From positions 45,468-109,467 of the forward strand of contig JAWOIJ010000053.1 of assembly GCA_046484745.1 (NCBI GenBank): a DNA stretch of 64,000 bases, given 5' to 3'. A program made the translations under genes and the position numbers. The notes below the pieces were generated by a model that ran no database searches, was not told the DNA's origin, and was given only the letters and a program-made list of their open reading frames with translations. Below, in pieces: positions 12,464-20,525 of this stretch (its first letter is position 1; each line of letters begins with the position of its first letter). The DNA comes from Desulfobacterales bacterium. Its GTDB lineage: Bacteria; Desulfobacterota; Desulfobacteria; Desulfobacterales; SURF-7.

Positions 12464-12497
12464 AAAAAGACCGGAGTATCTGATCCGGTCTTTTTTT
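12464..12497. terminator. Hairpin plus T-run, potentially a bidirectional terminator
   Basis: agaccgga-N8-tccggtct flanked by an A-run upstream and a T7 run downstream. Lies about 150 nt past the prc stop inside an AT-rich spacer. Confidence 0.6.
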
Positions 12498-12670
12498 GTT
12501 TTTTCATTAAAAGTAAAATACTCAAAAATAAACTCAAAATAGATTATTTAATTTTAGACCATATATATATTTAAAATAAAGTTTAAAATTTTGAAATAAC
12601 CAAAATAATCCTTGAAAAAAAAAGAAAACTATGTCTTAAAAGTAAAAAATTTTATAAAAAGTGAAAAATT

Positions 12671-13225
12671 ATGGTTGAGACAAAAACTATAAAAATCGAT
12701 CAGGAGGTGTATAATGAATTAAAGAAACGAATACAGGAATTTAGCGATACGCCAAATTCAGTGCTTCGAAGAGTATTGAATATCAATTCTCCAGACAGAG
12801 CGAAATTCAAGCCTGACATCCCACGTCCGGAGAAAATTTCCAGCAAAAACATTAACGGAAGAATCGAAGGGGACAGGCAGCGGAGCCGACTTAAAAAAAT
12901 GTATGGCTCTCGGGTTGATGAATATCCCATGCTCTATCATGCCGGCTGGCCAAGGAGCGGAGCCACGATTCAAAAATACTCTTTTGGAATTCCGTTGAGG
13001 AAATTTGAAGACCAGATGAAACAGGGCGGTCTGATGATTTTTATCTGCGGCAAGGCAGAACAATCATTTTTTATACCGTGCAAATGGATCGCTGATCACA
13101 TGGGTTCTTTGAATGAAATTCCAAAACAGCTGAAATTCAACATTCCGGTTTCCGGAGAGAATTATTACTGGATGAACAAGAAGGATAACATCTGTATCAA
13201 CCATTTTAAGAATACATTGCCGTGA
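12671..13225 (+). CDS. hypothetical protein with an RHH-like N-terminus (unassigned family)
   Basis: 184-aa ORF after about 170 nt of almost pure A/T. The N-terminus KTIKIDQEVYNELKKRIQEFSDTPNSVLRRVLNI has a strand-helix-helix pattern like Arc/CopG. I do not recognise the C-terminal 110 aa. Confidence 0.5.
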   Translation: MVETKTIKIDQEVYNELKKRIQEFSDTPNSVLRRVLNINSPDRAKFKPDIPRPEKISSKNINGRIEGDRQRSRLKKMYGSRVDEYPMLYHAGWPRSGATIQKYSFGIPLRKFEDQMKQGGLMIFICGKAEQSFFIPCKWIADHMGSLNEIPKQLKFNIPVSGENYYWMNKKDNICINHFKNTLP

Positions 13226-13250
13226 AGAATCGATCATACCGGTCAACAAA

Positions 13251-13496
13251 ATGGAGGGGATGATGAGAATTTCACAGAATGCGGTAAAAAGGCTGCGGCA
13301 GCGGGGGTTTAAGGACGATTATGTCGATCTGATCGTCAACCATGGAACACCCTATGAAAAAGACGGGAACGTGGTGGAATACCGGCTGGATAAAAAGGAT
13401 ATCTCACGGATCATGCAGTCCCTGGATAAGTGCAAGAAAAAGGCGGTTCTGGTGGATACAAGCGCGAGCGAGATCATAACCGGCTATAATATCTGA
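13251..13496 (+). CDS. small DUF4258-like protein (putative toxin-fold), start uncertain
   Basis: The 81 aa ISQNAVKRLRQRGFKDDYVDLIVNHG...KKAVLVDTSASEIITGYNI resemble my recollection of the DUF4258 layout (xSxHAxERxxERGI...VVTVY). GGAGGGG just upstream favours ATG 13260/13263. Confidence 0.4.
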   Translation: MEGMMRISQNAVKRLRQRGFKDDYVDLIVNHGTPYEKDGNVVEYRLDKKDISRIMQSLDKCKKKAVLVDTSASEIITGYNI

Positions 13497-13562
13497 ATGG
13501 ATCAGGGCAGTTGCATGAGCTGTACACAAGGAATCCAGAACCGCGGGTAGCCGGATCACCGG

Positions 13563-14888
13563 TCAGGCAGACTCCAGATAGTTGGATATGCTGTCTGTAA
13601 TGGTTTCCCAGGTTTTCTTTCTTTTCTCGTCGTCTGTCTCCAGCAGGGTAATTCTGAACCCCTGCCTGGTGCAGCAGAAGCCTGTCAACGGCACGACACA
13701 GATCCCCGTCGCCCCAAGAAGATAATATACAAACCGTTTGTCCGGTTGCACATCCTTGACCTTTTCTTCAATAAACGCTTTTACATTCGGATCCGATATG
13801 GGAAGGGTCTGCCTGTTGTTGAGAACGTTGTTTTCGAACAGAATGGCATTGTAAAACGCCCCGTGGGCCCGGACAACCTGAATGCCTTTTACCCCGGAGA
13901 AAATCTCGTATGCCTCGTTGGCGCGTTTCTCGAAAATTTTTTTCCGCCTTTCCAGATGATCGATGTACCGGGGATCACCCATCACCAGGGGGATGGCATA
14001 CTGGGGCAGGCTGGTGGAGCATACCTCCAGCATTTTGGCATTGGTGATGCTTTGTATATAGTGCCGGAAGATTTGATGCTTGTCCTGGTTGAATATCTCA
14101 AGCCATCCGCAGCGTGCGCCGGGCCAGGGAAATTCTTTGGATATCCCCCGGAGAGCGATTCCCGGAACCTCGTCGCCGATCACTTCGCTCAGATGAACGG
14201 TTTCTGCGCCGTTGAAGACAATATGGGCGTATATCTCATCGCACAGGACAAAAATGCGGTACCGTCTTGCGATATCGATCATCTGCTCCAGAAAGGGTTT
14301 GGGATAGACCGCTCCGGTGGGATTGTCCGGGTTGATCAGGAGCATTCCCGCGATAGAGTCATTGTACTTGATCTTGTTTTCCAGATCTTCCAGGTCCGGC
14401 ATCCAGTTTTTGTCCGGATCGAGGTTATAGGTCAGGTGATCATAGCCGGAATGTGCCGCCTCTGCCGAAGAATGGGTGGAGTAGGCAGGTGACGGACCGA
14501 TCACCCGGGCTTCCCGTTTCAGGTAGGTGAAGATCTTGGCCACCGCATCCCCAAGGCCGTTAAAAAACAGGATGTCATCGGCGGTGATCTGATGGCCGCC
14601 CCGGAGGTTGACCAGTTCTGCCAGGAACTCCCGCGCTTCCATCACTCCCCGGGTATCGGTATAGCCGTAGGTTTTGTCTTCGGCAATAAGCCCTGCAAGG
14701 ATATCCTTGATCCATTTGGGGACCTCTTCCCCCTTCTGGATGGGATCTCCGATATTTTCCCAGATGATTTCCAGGCCGAGTTTTTCAAGTTCCCGGCCCA
14801 CGGCCACAATCTCGCGGATTTCATAGGTGAGCTTGCTCCAGCCCACATGTTCGATGTTTCGTCGGAGGGTGTTTTTTGGCATATCCAC
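13563..14888 (-). CDS. PLP-dependent aminotransferase, class I/II (alanine-aminotransferase-like)
   Basis: 441 aa. NPDNPTG, CDEIYAHIVF and the PLP-lysine context GISKEFPWPGARCGW. Confidence 0.85.
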   Translation of the reverse strand: MDMPKNTLRRNIEHVGWSKLTYEIREIVAVGRELEKLGLEIIWENIGDPIQKGEEVPKWIKDILAGLIAEDKTYGYTDTRGVMEAREFLAELVNLRGGHQITADDILFFNGLGDAVAKIFTYLKREARVIGPSPAYSTHSSAEAAHSGYDHLTYNLDPDKNWMPDLEDLENKIKYNDSIAGMLLINPDNPTGAVYPKPFLEQMIDIARRYRIFVLCDEIYAHIVFNGAETVHLSEVIGDEVPGIALRGISKEFPWPGARCGWLEIFNQDKHQIFRHYIQSITNAKMLEVCSTSLPQYAIPLVMGDPRYIDHLERRKKIFEKRANEAYEIFSGVKGIQVVRAHGAFYNAILFENNVLNNRQTLPISDPNVKAFIEEKVKDVQPDKRFVYYLLGATGICVVPLTGFCCTRQGFRITLLETDDEKRKKTWETITDSISNYLESA

Positions 14889-15263
14889 CTCAGATTAGGT
14901 TAATTTCTTCCAATGTCTTATCAAAGACAATGGTTTATTTCAAAGACAAAAAAGGAAAGCCGGAATATAGATCTGTCAGGTGCAGGTTGCAAGGGAAAAT
15001 TGATGATGGTCTACGTTAAACCAAAAGCTCACGCAAAGGCGCGAAGACGCGAAGATTTCTAATTGATTTTTAAGTCGTTATGGCATACTGGACAATAATA
15101 CCTGATTGCCCTGGCGTGGTTCGACCCAAATGAAACCGTTCAGGGAATAGCCCGTCAATTTACGTCATATGACAACCTTCGCACGCAAAATGGCTGTTTT
15201 ATAAAACGGCTATTAGGACATATAATCATTGTTCGGCAAACAACGATAGGAGCGTGTGCTCAC

Positions 15264-15806
15264 ATGAGAAAAATGAAGATCAGTAAAGCGTTTACGTTGA
15301 TCGAATCTGGTCCAGTTGTTCTTGTTACGACACATGACGGAAAGAAGAACAATATAATGACGATCTCGTGGACCATGGTGGTGGACTTTACGCCGATATT
15401 TGCCATGACCACTGGGCCATGGAACTATTCCTTTGCTGCTCTTCGTAAAACGAAGGAGTGTGTTATTGCATTTCCCACAGTTGACATGCTTGATAAGGTC
15501 GTTGGAGTGGGAACATGTTCCGGCGTTGATACAGACAAATTTGAAAAGTTCATGTTGACCCCCGTGAAGGGAAAGTATGTCAAAGCGCCCTTGATAAAAG
15601 AATGCATGGCGAATATTGAGTGTAAAGTTGTCGACATCGTCAAGAAGCACAATATCGTCGTCCTCGAAGGCGTTGCCGCGTACTTTGATAATTCACGAAA
15701 GGAGAAGCGAACTGTTCACGCAGTTGGCGATGGAACTTTTATAGTGGATGGGCGTAAGTTGGACCGAAAGAAAATGATGCACTCAAAAATCCCAGCTGGT
15801 CTCTAG
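15264..15806 (+). CDS. flavin reductase-like (FMN-binding split-barrel) protein
   Basis: GPVVLVTTHDGKKNNIMTISWTMVVDFTPIFAMTTGPWNYSFAALRKTKECVIAFP is typical of the flavin_reduct domain. 180 aa. Confidence 0.8.
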   Translation: MRKMKISKAFTLIESGPVVLVTTHDGKKNNIMTISWTMVVDFTPIFAMTTGPWNYSFAALRKTKECVIAFPTVDMLDKVVGVGTCSGVDTDKFEKFMLTPVKGKYVKAPLIKECMANIECKVVDIVKKHNIVVLEGVAAYFDNSRKEKRTVHAVGDGTFIVDGRKLDRKKMMHSKIPAGL

Positions 15807-15860
15807 TTTTATAACAGGGAAACTTGTTGGCAAGAGCAAATCATCATTATATTCCCAGGC

Positions 15861-16049
15861 ATGTCCGGCATTTTTCAATATTACGGAGTGTGCGGAATTT
15901 TGAAGGAACTGGACTCGTGGGTGAAACGAAGGCTCCGCTGTTATCTTTGGAAGCAACCGAACCCCCGTGGTACGTGTGATCCGTATGCCCGGTGGTGTAG
16001 GAGGAGAGGGGCTGCGAGGCCTCTCCCTATCCCGATTCTGCTCATTTAA
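15861..16049 (+). pseudogene. group II intron reverse-transcriptase/maturase C-terminal fragment
   Basis: YYGVCGILKELDSWVKRRLRCYLWKQ matches the conserved maturase segment (...ELDxWIRRRLRxxxWKQWK...). No RT domains lie upstream and the ORF ends in an unrelated Arg/Pro-rich tail. Confidence 0.5.
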
Positions 16050-16200
16050 CCTTGACAGTATGTACGGTATGGCGCGTTATTGAAAAATATGAGGTGAACT
16101 ATGCCGACATTATCAGCCACTGAAGCACGATCAAAATTATACCGCTTAATAGATCAAACCGCTTCGTCTCATGAACCAATTGTAATTACAAGCAAAAGAG
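16036..16200. repeat. Copy 1 of a ~165-bp duplication (yefM promoter and first 33 codons)
   Basis: Near-identical to 22240..22405: ttc(t/g)gctcattta..cttgaca..tgtacgg..tgaaaaatatgaggtgaactATGccgacattatcagcc...agcaaaagag, with one silent gat/gac difference in the coding part. Identity stops abruptly at 16200. Confidence 0.9.
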
Positions 16201-16298
16201 CCGAAACGCGCTGTCATTATTGGCAGCGGGTACATTGGCAAAGAAATGGTCGAGGCTCTCCAATGCTCTGGCTGTTCATTTGGAGCATGAAAAATTAA
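16101..16298 (+). pseudogene. truncated Phd/YefM antitoxin fused out of frame to foreign sequence
   Basis: The first 33 aa (MPTLSATEARSKLYRLIDQTASSHEPIVITSKR) are identical to the intact antitoxin at 22306. The remainder is unrelated read-through. Confidence 0.85.
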
Positions 16299-16380
16299 CC
16301 GAAGCGGACATTATCCTGATTGCCGCAGGGCGAGACCCTCTGTAGATTTGGCCGTGAAGACCGGTATCCAACTCGGTTAC
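16203..16380 (+). pseudogene. remnant of an FAD/NAD(P)-dependent pyridine-nucleotide-disulfide oxidoreductase
   Basis: Pieces sit in three shifting frames: KRAVIIGSGYIGKEMVEAL (NAD-binding GxGxxG), HLEHEKLTEADIILIAAGRDP and DLAVKTGIQLG. Stops and frame shifts separate them. Confidence 0.55.
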
Positions 16381-16395
16381 TTACTTTTGATGCTT

Positions 16396-17043
16396 TTACC
16401 TTCCGCCTTGGGACATTTCCGCTCTTGCCCGTTCAATCGCCGTTTCAAGTTCCTTAATGGCATATTTAAGATTGTCGCCGTCGCTGGCCACCCTTCTTGC
16501 GATGGGCGTAATCGCCTCGACCCCCTTGGATGTCAGGTCGTTTGAAAGGTACGTTTGAATTTCTGTGGCATCAGACACATAGGTCCTGAAAGCTTCTTTC
16601 ACGCCGATGCTGTTTAAGGGAATTTTGCCGTATATCTCGGCAAGTTCCATGCGACGTTGTTCACTGAGTTCCTGTATCCGCGGATTTTTGTATTTGCTGC
16701 CTTCCGTTTGCCATTCCTCGAAATAGTCCTTGCCCCGAGCTTTCATTTCATCGGCGTGTTTGGAAAATTTTTTCTCCATTTTCACGATTTTTGAAATATT
16801 GTCCGAATACAGATCAAAGGCCTTTTTCACATCGGATTGCCCCGACCGTGTCAGCTCGTCCAGGGAAGCACCGGCGGCATCGAGCTGTGCGACAATCAAT
16901 TTGATATCGTTGTCCACCGTCTGCATTGTTATCCTTGCTTCTTTTGACCGCTGCATTCCCGTTGTTGCGCAGCCTGCGATACTGATGGCCAAGACCGACA
17001 GCGCTGTAAGAAGGAACGCAACCGATTTGTTTGTTAGTTTCAT
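16396..17043 (-). CDS. lipoprotein, DUF2959-like
   Basis: Signal peptide with lipobox LAISIAGC, then a helical protein with a YFEEWQTEGSKYKNPRIQELSEQRR segment resembling the DUF2959 layout as I recall it. 215 aa. Confidence 0.6.
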   Translation of the reverse strand: MKLTNKSVAFLLTALSVLAISIAGCATTGMQRSKEARITMQTVDNDIKLIVAQLDAAGASLDELTRSGQSDVKKAFDLYSDNISKIVKMEKKFSKHADEMKARGKDYFEEWQTEGSKYKNPRIQELSEQRRMELAEIYGKIPLNSIGVKEAFRTYVSDATEIQTYLSNDLTSKGVEAITPIARRVASDGDNLKYAIKELETAIERARAEMSQGGR

Positions 17044-17376
17044 AGCGCACTCCTGTTTTTAAAATTTTTTTTTGTTTCCGGGCGTTTTATTCATTGGTTA
17101 ATATTAACTCAATTTTTGTGCCGGATTTTTAACATTCAGGATTGCGTATTCTATCATAATGATTTTTATCGATAATACGTTTATAATACATTCGCTGTCC
17201 GACCTCTGATTGCCCTGTAAAAAAGGGTCATATTTACCCTAAGGTCGTATATAATCTTTTTTTCAGGCCTTTTGGGAGTAGTGGGCGGCAGATGGCAAGG
17301 AGGGGTTGCAATTCATAATCGTTTTTTAGCTTCCGGATTGTGTAGAAAGCGGCCAAGACGACTTTGGGGACCGGTG

Positions 17377-17410
17377 AAAAAAATGGGGCGAGGGAAAGTC
17401 CCTCGTCCCA
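17377..17410 (-). terminator. Rho-independent terminator retained behind the IPTL-CTERM remnant
   Basis: On the minus strand gggacgaggga-ctt-tccctcgcccc is followed by attttttt. Confidence 0.7.
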
Positions 17411-17435
17411 TGCGCATGTTCCGGGAGAACTTGTT

Positions 17436-17585
17436 TTAGAAGTCCGCCTTCCTTTTCCTCAGGTAATAAATGGATGTGAGGCCCATAATCGTCATGAAGA
17501 TGATCATTCCCCACTCGAAAAGCGTGGGGATGGAAGTGGGAGAAGCAGCATTGATGACGAGGGTATATTGACTGGCTGGCTCGGC
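17436..17585 (-). pseudogene. 3' remnant of an IPTL-CTERM sorting-domain protein
   Basis: The minus-frame translation AEPASQYTLVINAASPTSIPTLFEWGMIIFMTIMGLTSIYYLRKRKADF* carries the IPTLxEWGM motif, a TM helix and a basic tail. The frame is closed by TGA only 49 codons upstream and has no start codon. Confidence 0.65.
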
Positions 17586-17623
17586 TCACCACGCATATCC
17601 CCAATAAAAGAGAACAGATGGCC

Positions 17624-17783
17624 AGATACTATGGCTACTACAGCAAAAAAATATTAAACCATCTCAATATTCGTGACGTCCACAACCATGGGCCGCGATC
17701 AGTCAGTACCGAAACAACACGCCCAGCTTGTTTATGTTGACGATTATTCGCAGGTCCCACCATACGATTACTGGACCCAGTAA
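17624..17783 (+). mobile_element. C-terminal remnant of an IS91-family-like (Y2/HUH) transposase
   Basis: RYYGYYSKKILNHLNIRDVHNHGPRS... and, after a +1 shift, VYVDDYSQVPPYDYWTQ*. This resembles the RYYGxxSN / ILxHLGLWD / acidic-aromatic tail of these transposases as I recall them. It is internally deleted and frameshifted. Confidence 0.4.
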
Positions 17784-17900
17784 AAAAACACTTGTCGCTT
17801 CATACCGGATGGCTGCGTCCAAAATCCGCGCATTCCGATTAGTGTTTTTAAAGATATTGTTGATATGTTTGTCAAAAGTTGATATTCCGAAGCGGATATT

Positions 17901-19598
17901 ATGAAAACCATGGCCACCCAGCTTTCTTTGCTGCTGCAAATTGATAGACGAAAAAGCAATGTCCGGCTGCTGATAAAATTCTGCCTGCTGCTCTTTTTCT
18001 TTTTTGTCCTTTACAGTGTTCTGTTTCATTTGCTGATGCTTTACGAGGGGCGCCAATACTCATGGATTACCGGTTTTTACTGGACCCTGACCACCATGTC
18101 CACCCTGGGTTTTGGAGATATCACCTTCACCAGCGACATGGGAAAATTGTTTTCAGTGGTGGTGCTTCTCAGCGGCATCATTTTTTTGCTGGTGATGCTG
18201 CCCTTTACCTTTATCCAGTTTTTTTACGCCCCCTGGCTGGAGGAGCAGAACAAGGCCCGGGCGCCGCGGGCAGTATCGGAGGATTTGTCCGGGCATGTGA
18301 TCCTGACTCATTTTGACGCGGTTACCGTAGCCCTGATCCAGAAGCTCGAACAATACGCCATCCGCTATATCATTCTGGTCCCCGATCTTCAGTCAGCCTT
18401 GAACTTACACGACCAGGGTTACCAGGTGGTATTCGGCGATCCGGATGACCCCCAGACCTATCACCGCCTTAATATCGATAAGGCAGCTATGGTAGTCGTC
18501 CTGAACGACGACATCGTCAGTACCAATATCATTTATACCATCCGGGAAACGAATGCCGGCGTGGTCACCGTGACCAATGCCGACAAGGAGGAATCTCTGG
18601 ATATTCTGGAGCTGGCAGGCAGCACACATGTCCTGCAACTGACCCGGATGCTGGGCCGGGCCCTGGCCCGTCGCGTGCATGGCGTCAGCATGGCCGCCAA
18701 TGTCATCGGCCGGTTTGATGAATTGCTGATTGCCGAGGCATCGGCCATGCGGACCTGGCTGGAGGGGAAAACGCTGGTCGAAAGCCGGCTGCGTCAGGTT
18801 GCCGGAGTAACGGTGGTGGGCCTCTGGGAACAGGGCCGGTTCATGATTCCCGGGCCCTCTTCCCGAATCGGAGAGTCAACCGTGCTGGTGCTGGCCGGGA
18901 CCAAGGCGCAACTGGATCAGTTTGACGACTCCATCGCCGGCAACCGGAGAGAGAATCCGAACAAAGGGCCGGTGGTCGTGCTCGGTGGCGGTCGTGTTGG
19001 CTTGGCGGTAGCCGATACCTTGCGGAGCCGGGGGATCGATTTCCGGGTCGTGGAGAAAAGGCCCGATATCGCGGCACATCATCCCCAGTTTATTGAAGGC
19101 AGCGCCGCGGATCTGGAAACGCTCAACAAGGCGGGCATTCATGAAACCGCCGCGGTGATCATCACCACGCATGATGACAACCTGAATATTTACCTGACCA
19201 TCTATATCCGCCAGCTCCGGCCGGATGTGCAGATCATCAGCCGGTCCAGCCTGGACCGCAACATCAATACCCTGCACCGGGCCGGCGCTAATCTGGTCAT
19301 GTCGTTCAGTTCTCTGCTGACCGCCACCATTTTGAATCTGCTGCAGCCGCAAAAGGTGCTGATGCTTTCCGAAGGACTTAATGTGTTTCGAACCGCCCTG
19401 AGTTCAAGGCTGACCAATAAGGCCTTGCGCGACTTCCCGATTCGTGAAGAAACGGGTTGCAGTGTTGTCGCCGTTAAACGAGGGGAGTCGCTGATTATTA
19501 ACCCGGACCCCGCCATCGTCCTTGAGCATGGAGACGAACTCCTGCTGATCGGATCGACGGATTCCGAAAAAAAATTCTTGGAGAACTATTCAGGTTAA
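17901..19598 (+). CDS. potassium channel protein with tandem RCK/TrkA domains
   Basis: Two TM helices flank the pore signature TMSTLGFGDITF (TLGFGD at 18102..18119). Two Rossmann-like RCK-N domains (VVLGGGRVG) and TrkA-C segments follow. The start could be an internal Met. Confidence 0.85.
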   Translation: MKTMATQLSLLLQIDRRKSNVRLLIKFCLLLFFFFVLYSVLFHLLMLYEGRQYSWITGFYWTLTTMSTLGFGDITFTSDMGKLFSVVVLLSGIIFLLVMLPFTFIQFFYAPWLEEQNKARAPRAVSEDLSGHVILTHFDAVTVALIQKLEQYAIRYIILVPDLQSALNLHDQGYQVVFGDPDDPQTYHRLNIDKAAMVVVLNDDIVSTNIIYTIRETNAGVVTVTNADKEESLDILELAGSTHVLQLTRMLGRALARRVHGVSMAANVIGRFDELLIAEASAMRTWLEGKTLVESRLRQVAGVTVVGLWEQGRFMIPGPSSRIGESTVLVLAGTKAQLDQFDDSIAGNRRENPNKGPVVVLGGGRVGLAVADTLRSRGIDFRVVEKRPDIAAHHPQFIEGSAADLETLNKAGIHETAAVIITTHDDNLNIYLTIYIRQLRPDVQIISRSSLDRNINTLHRAGANLVMSFSSLLTATILNLLQPQKVLMLSEGLNVFRTALSSRLTNKALRDFPIREETGCSVVAVKRGESLIINPDPAIVLEHGDELLLIGSTDSEKKFLENYSG

Positions 19599-19795
19599 AT
19601 GATCCAGACCGTAAAGTCCTGGCCGCTGTGGATCACCTTCTCGCTCACGCTTCCGATGAAAAATTCCTGAATCCGGGAGACTTCTTTGCGGCCAAGCACG
19701 ATCGCCCCGAAATCACCGTCCTCCGCTTCCCGGACAATTGCTTCCGAGCGGCTGTCAACGCCGCTGAGAATCTTTTCGGAAATACTCTCTGATCT
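19595..19795 (-). pseudogene. C-terminal remnant of a universal stress protein (UspA family)
   Basis: The minus-frame translation ...KILSGVDSRSEAIVREAEDGDFGAIVLGRKEVSRIQEFFIGSVSEKVIHSGQDFTVWII* matches the USP C-terminal half (G-x2-G-x9-GSVS). No start codon. It overlaps the GntR 3' end and the K+ channel stop. Confidence 0.55.
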
Positions 19796-20525
19796 TTCCC
19801 TGATACTGCAGCAGCAGCAGGCCGTATTTATTCAGCTCATCGAGGGTTTTCGCGAGACCGCCTCCGGAGAATTCATTCAGCAGCAAAATTTTGTAATCGA
19901 TGTGTTTTTTCAGATCATCGCCTGTGATCGCGTTGTAGATTATTTCGAGCATCCTCCGGCGAAGCGGTCGTGATGAATTGAAGAGAAGTATGATTATGAG
20001 GTTTTTCGTGGCCCTGGCCAGATAGTCCTGCTGAGCCAGTTCGAGATGTATGATTTTATCCATATCCCCGATATGATCTTTCTCCTGCGCGATCATGTTT
20101 ATCAGGATTTTGATATCCCTGGGGGATGTTTTTTTCGCGGCCATTTTGATGATCTCCGGCAGCACCGCTGTCCAGAACTCCCACAATTCATCAAACAGGT
20201 ATCGATCGATTTCAATATGGGAGTTCTCTTTTTCATGTGAAAGGGCGAGGATTCTCAGAAAATCAAGGCCGGCGTTATCAAGATAATCCCTGACATAAAT
20301 TCCGTCCCCCTGCCTTATTTCAAGCAGCTGCATGGATTCAATCTGCTTCAGTGCTACCCTCAGACTGGTGCGGTCAACTCCCAGTTCCTCTGAGAGCTTC
20401 ACTTCTGTCGGCAGCTTTGTTCCAGCCTCAAGCTTTCCGGTAAATATACTGTTCAGGATATGGCTGACCACTTTTTCATGGCGCTGAGCGGGTTTCTTCT
20501 GAGTTTTTCCATCGTTTTGATTCAT
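19755..20525 (-). CDS. GntR-family transcriptional regulator (FadR/FCD subfamily)
   Basis: wHTH LPTEVKLSEELGVDRTSLRVALKQIESMQLLEIRQGDGIYV plus a helical FCD-like C-domain. ATG 20525 has a GGAGG SD; the track start 20633 is upstream. Confidence 0.85.
   Translation of the reverse strand: MNQNDGKTQKKPAQRHEKVVSHILNSIFTGKLEAGTKLPTEVKLSEELGVDRTSLRVALKQIESMQLLEIRQGDGIYVRDYLDNAGLDFLRILALSHEKENSHIEIDRYLFDELWEFWTAVLPEIIKMAAKKTSPRDIKILINMIAQEKDHIGDMDKIIHLELAQQDYLARATKNLIIILLFNSSRPLRRRMLEIIYNAITGDDLKKHIDYKILLLNEFSGGGLAKTLDELNKYGLLLLQYQGKIREYFRKDSQRR

Noticed and set aside
14990-15060. acgcaaaggcgcgaagacgcgaag segment that resembles short dispersed repeats seen in related genomes
   Set aside because: Only one copy is in this window and it has no internal symmetry. 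I cannot support a repeat call from the sequence given.
15110-15130. GGTTCGA T-loop-like strings (also at 23953 and 33362) that might indicate tRNA genes
   Set aside because: No acceptor, D or anticodon arms can be drawn around any of them. I found no tRNA or rRNA in the window.
17385-17408. GGGAAAGTCC string reminiscent of the RNase P RNA GGAAAGTCC box
   Set aside because: It is simply the loop region of a perfect terminator hairpin (cgaggga/tccctcg) with a T-run on the minus strand. No other RNase P helices are present.
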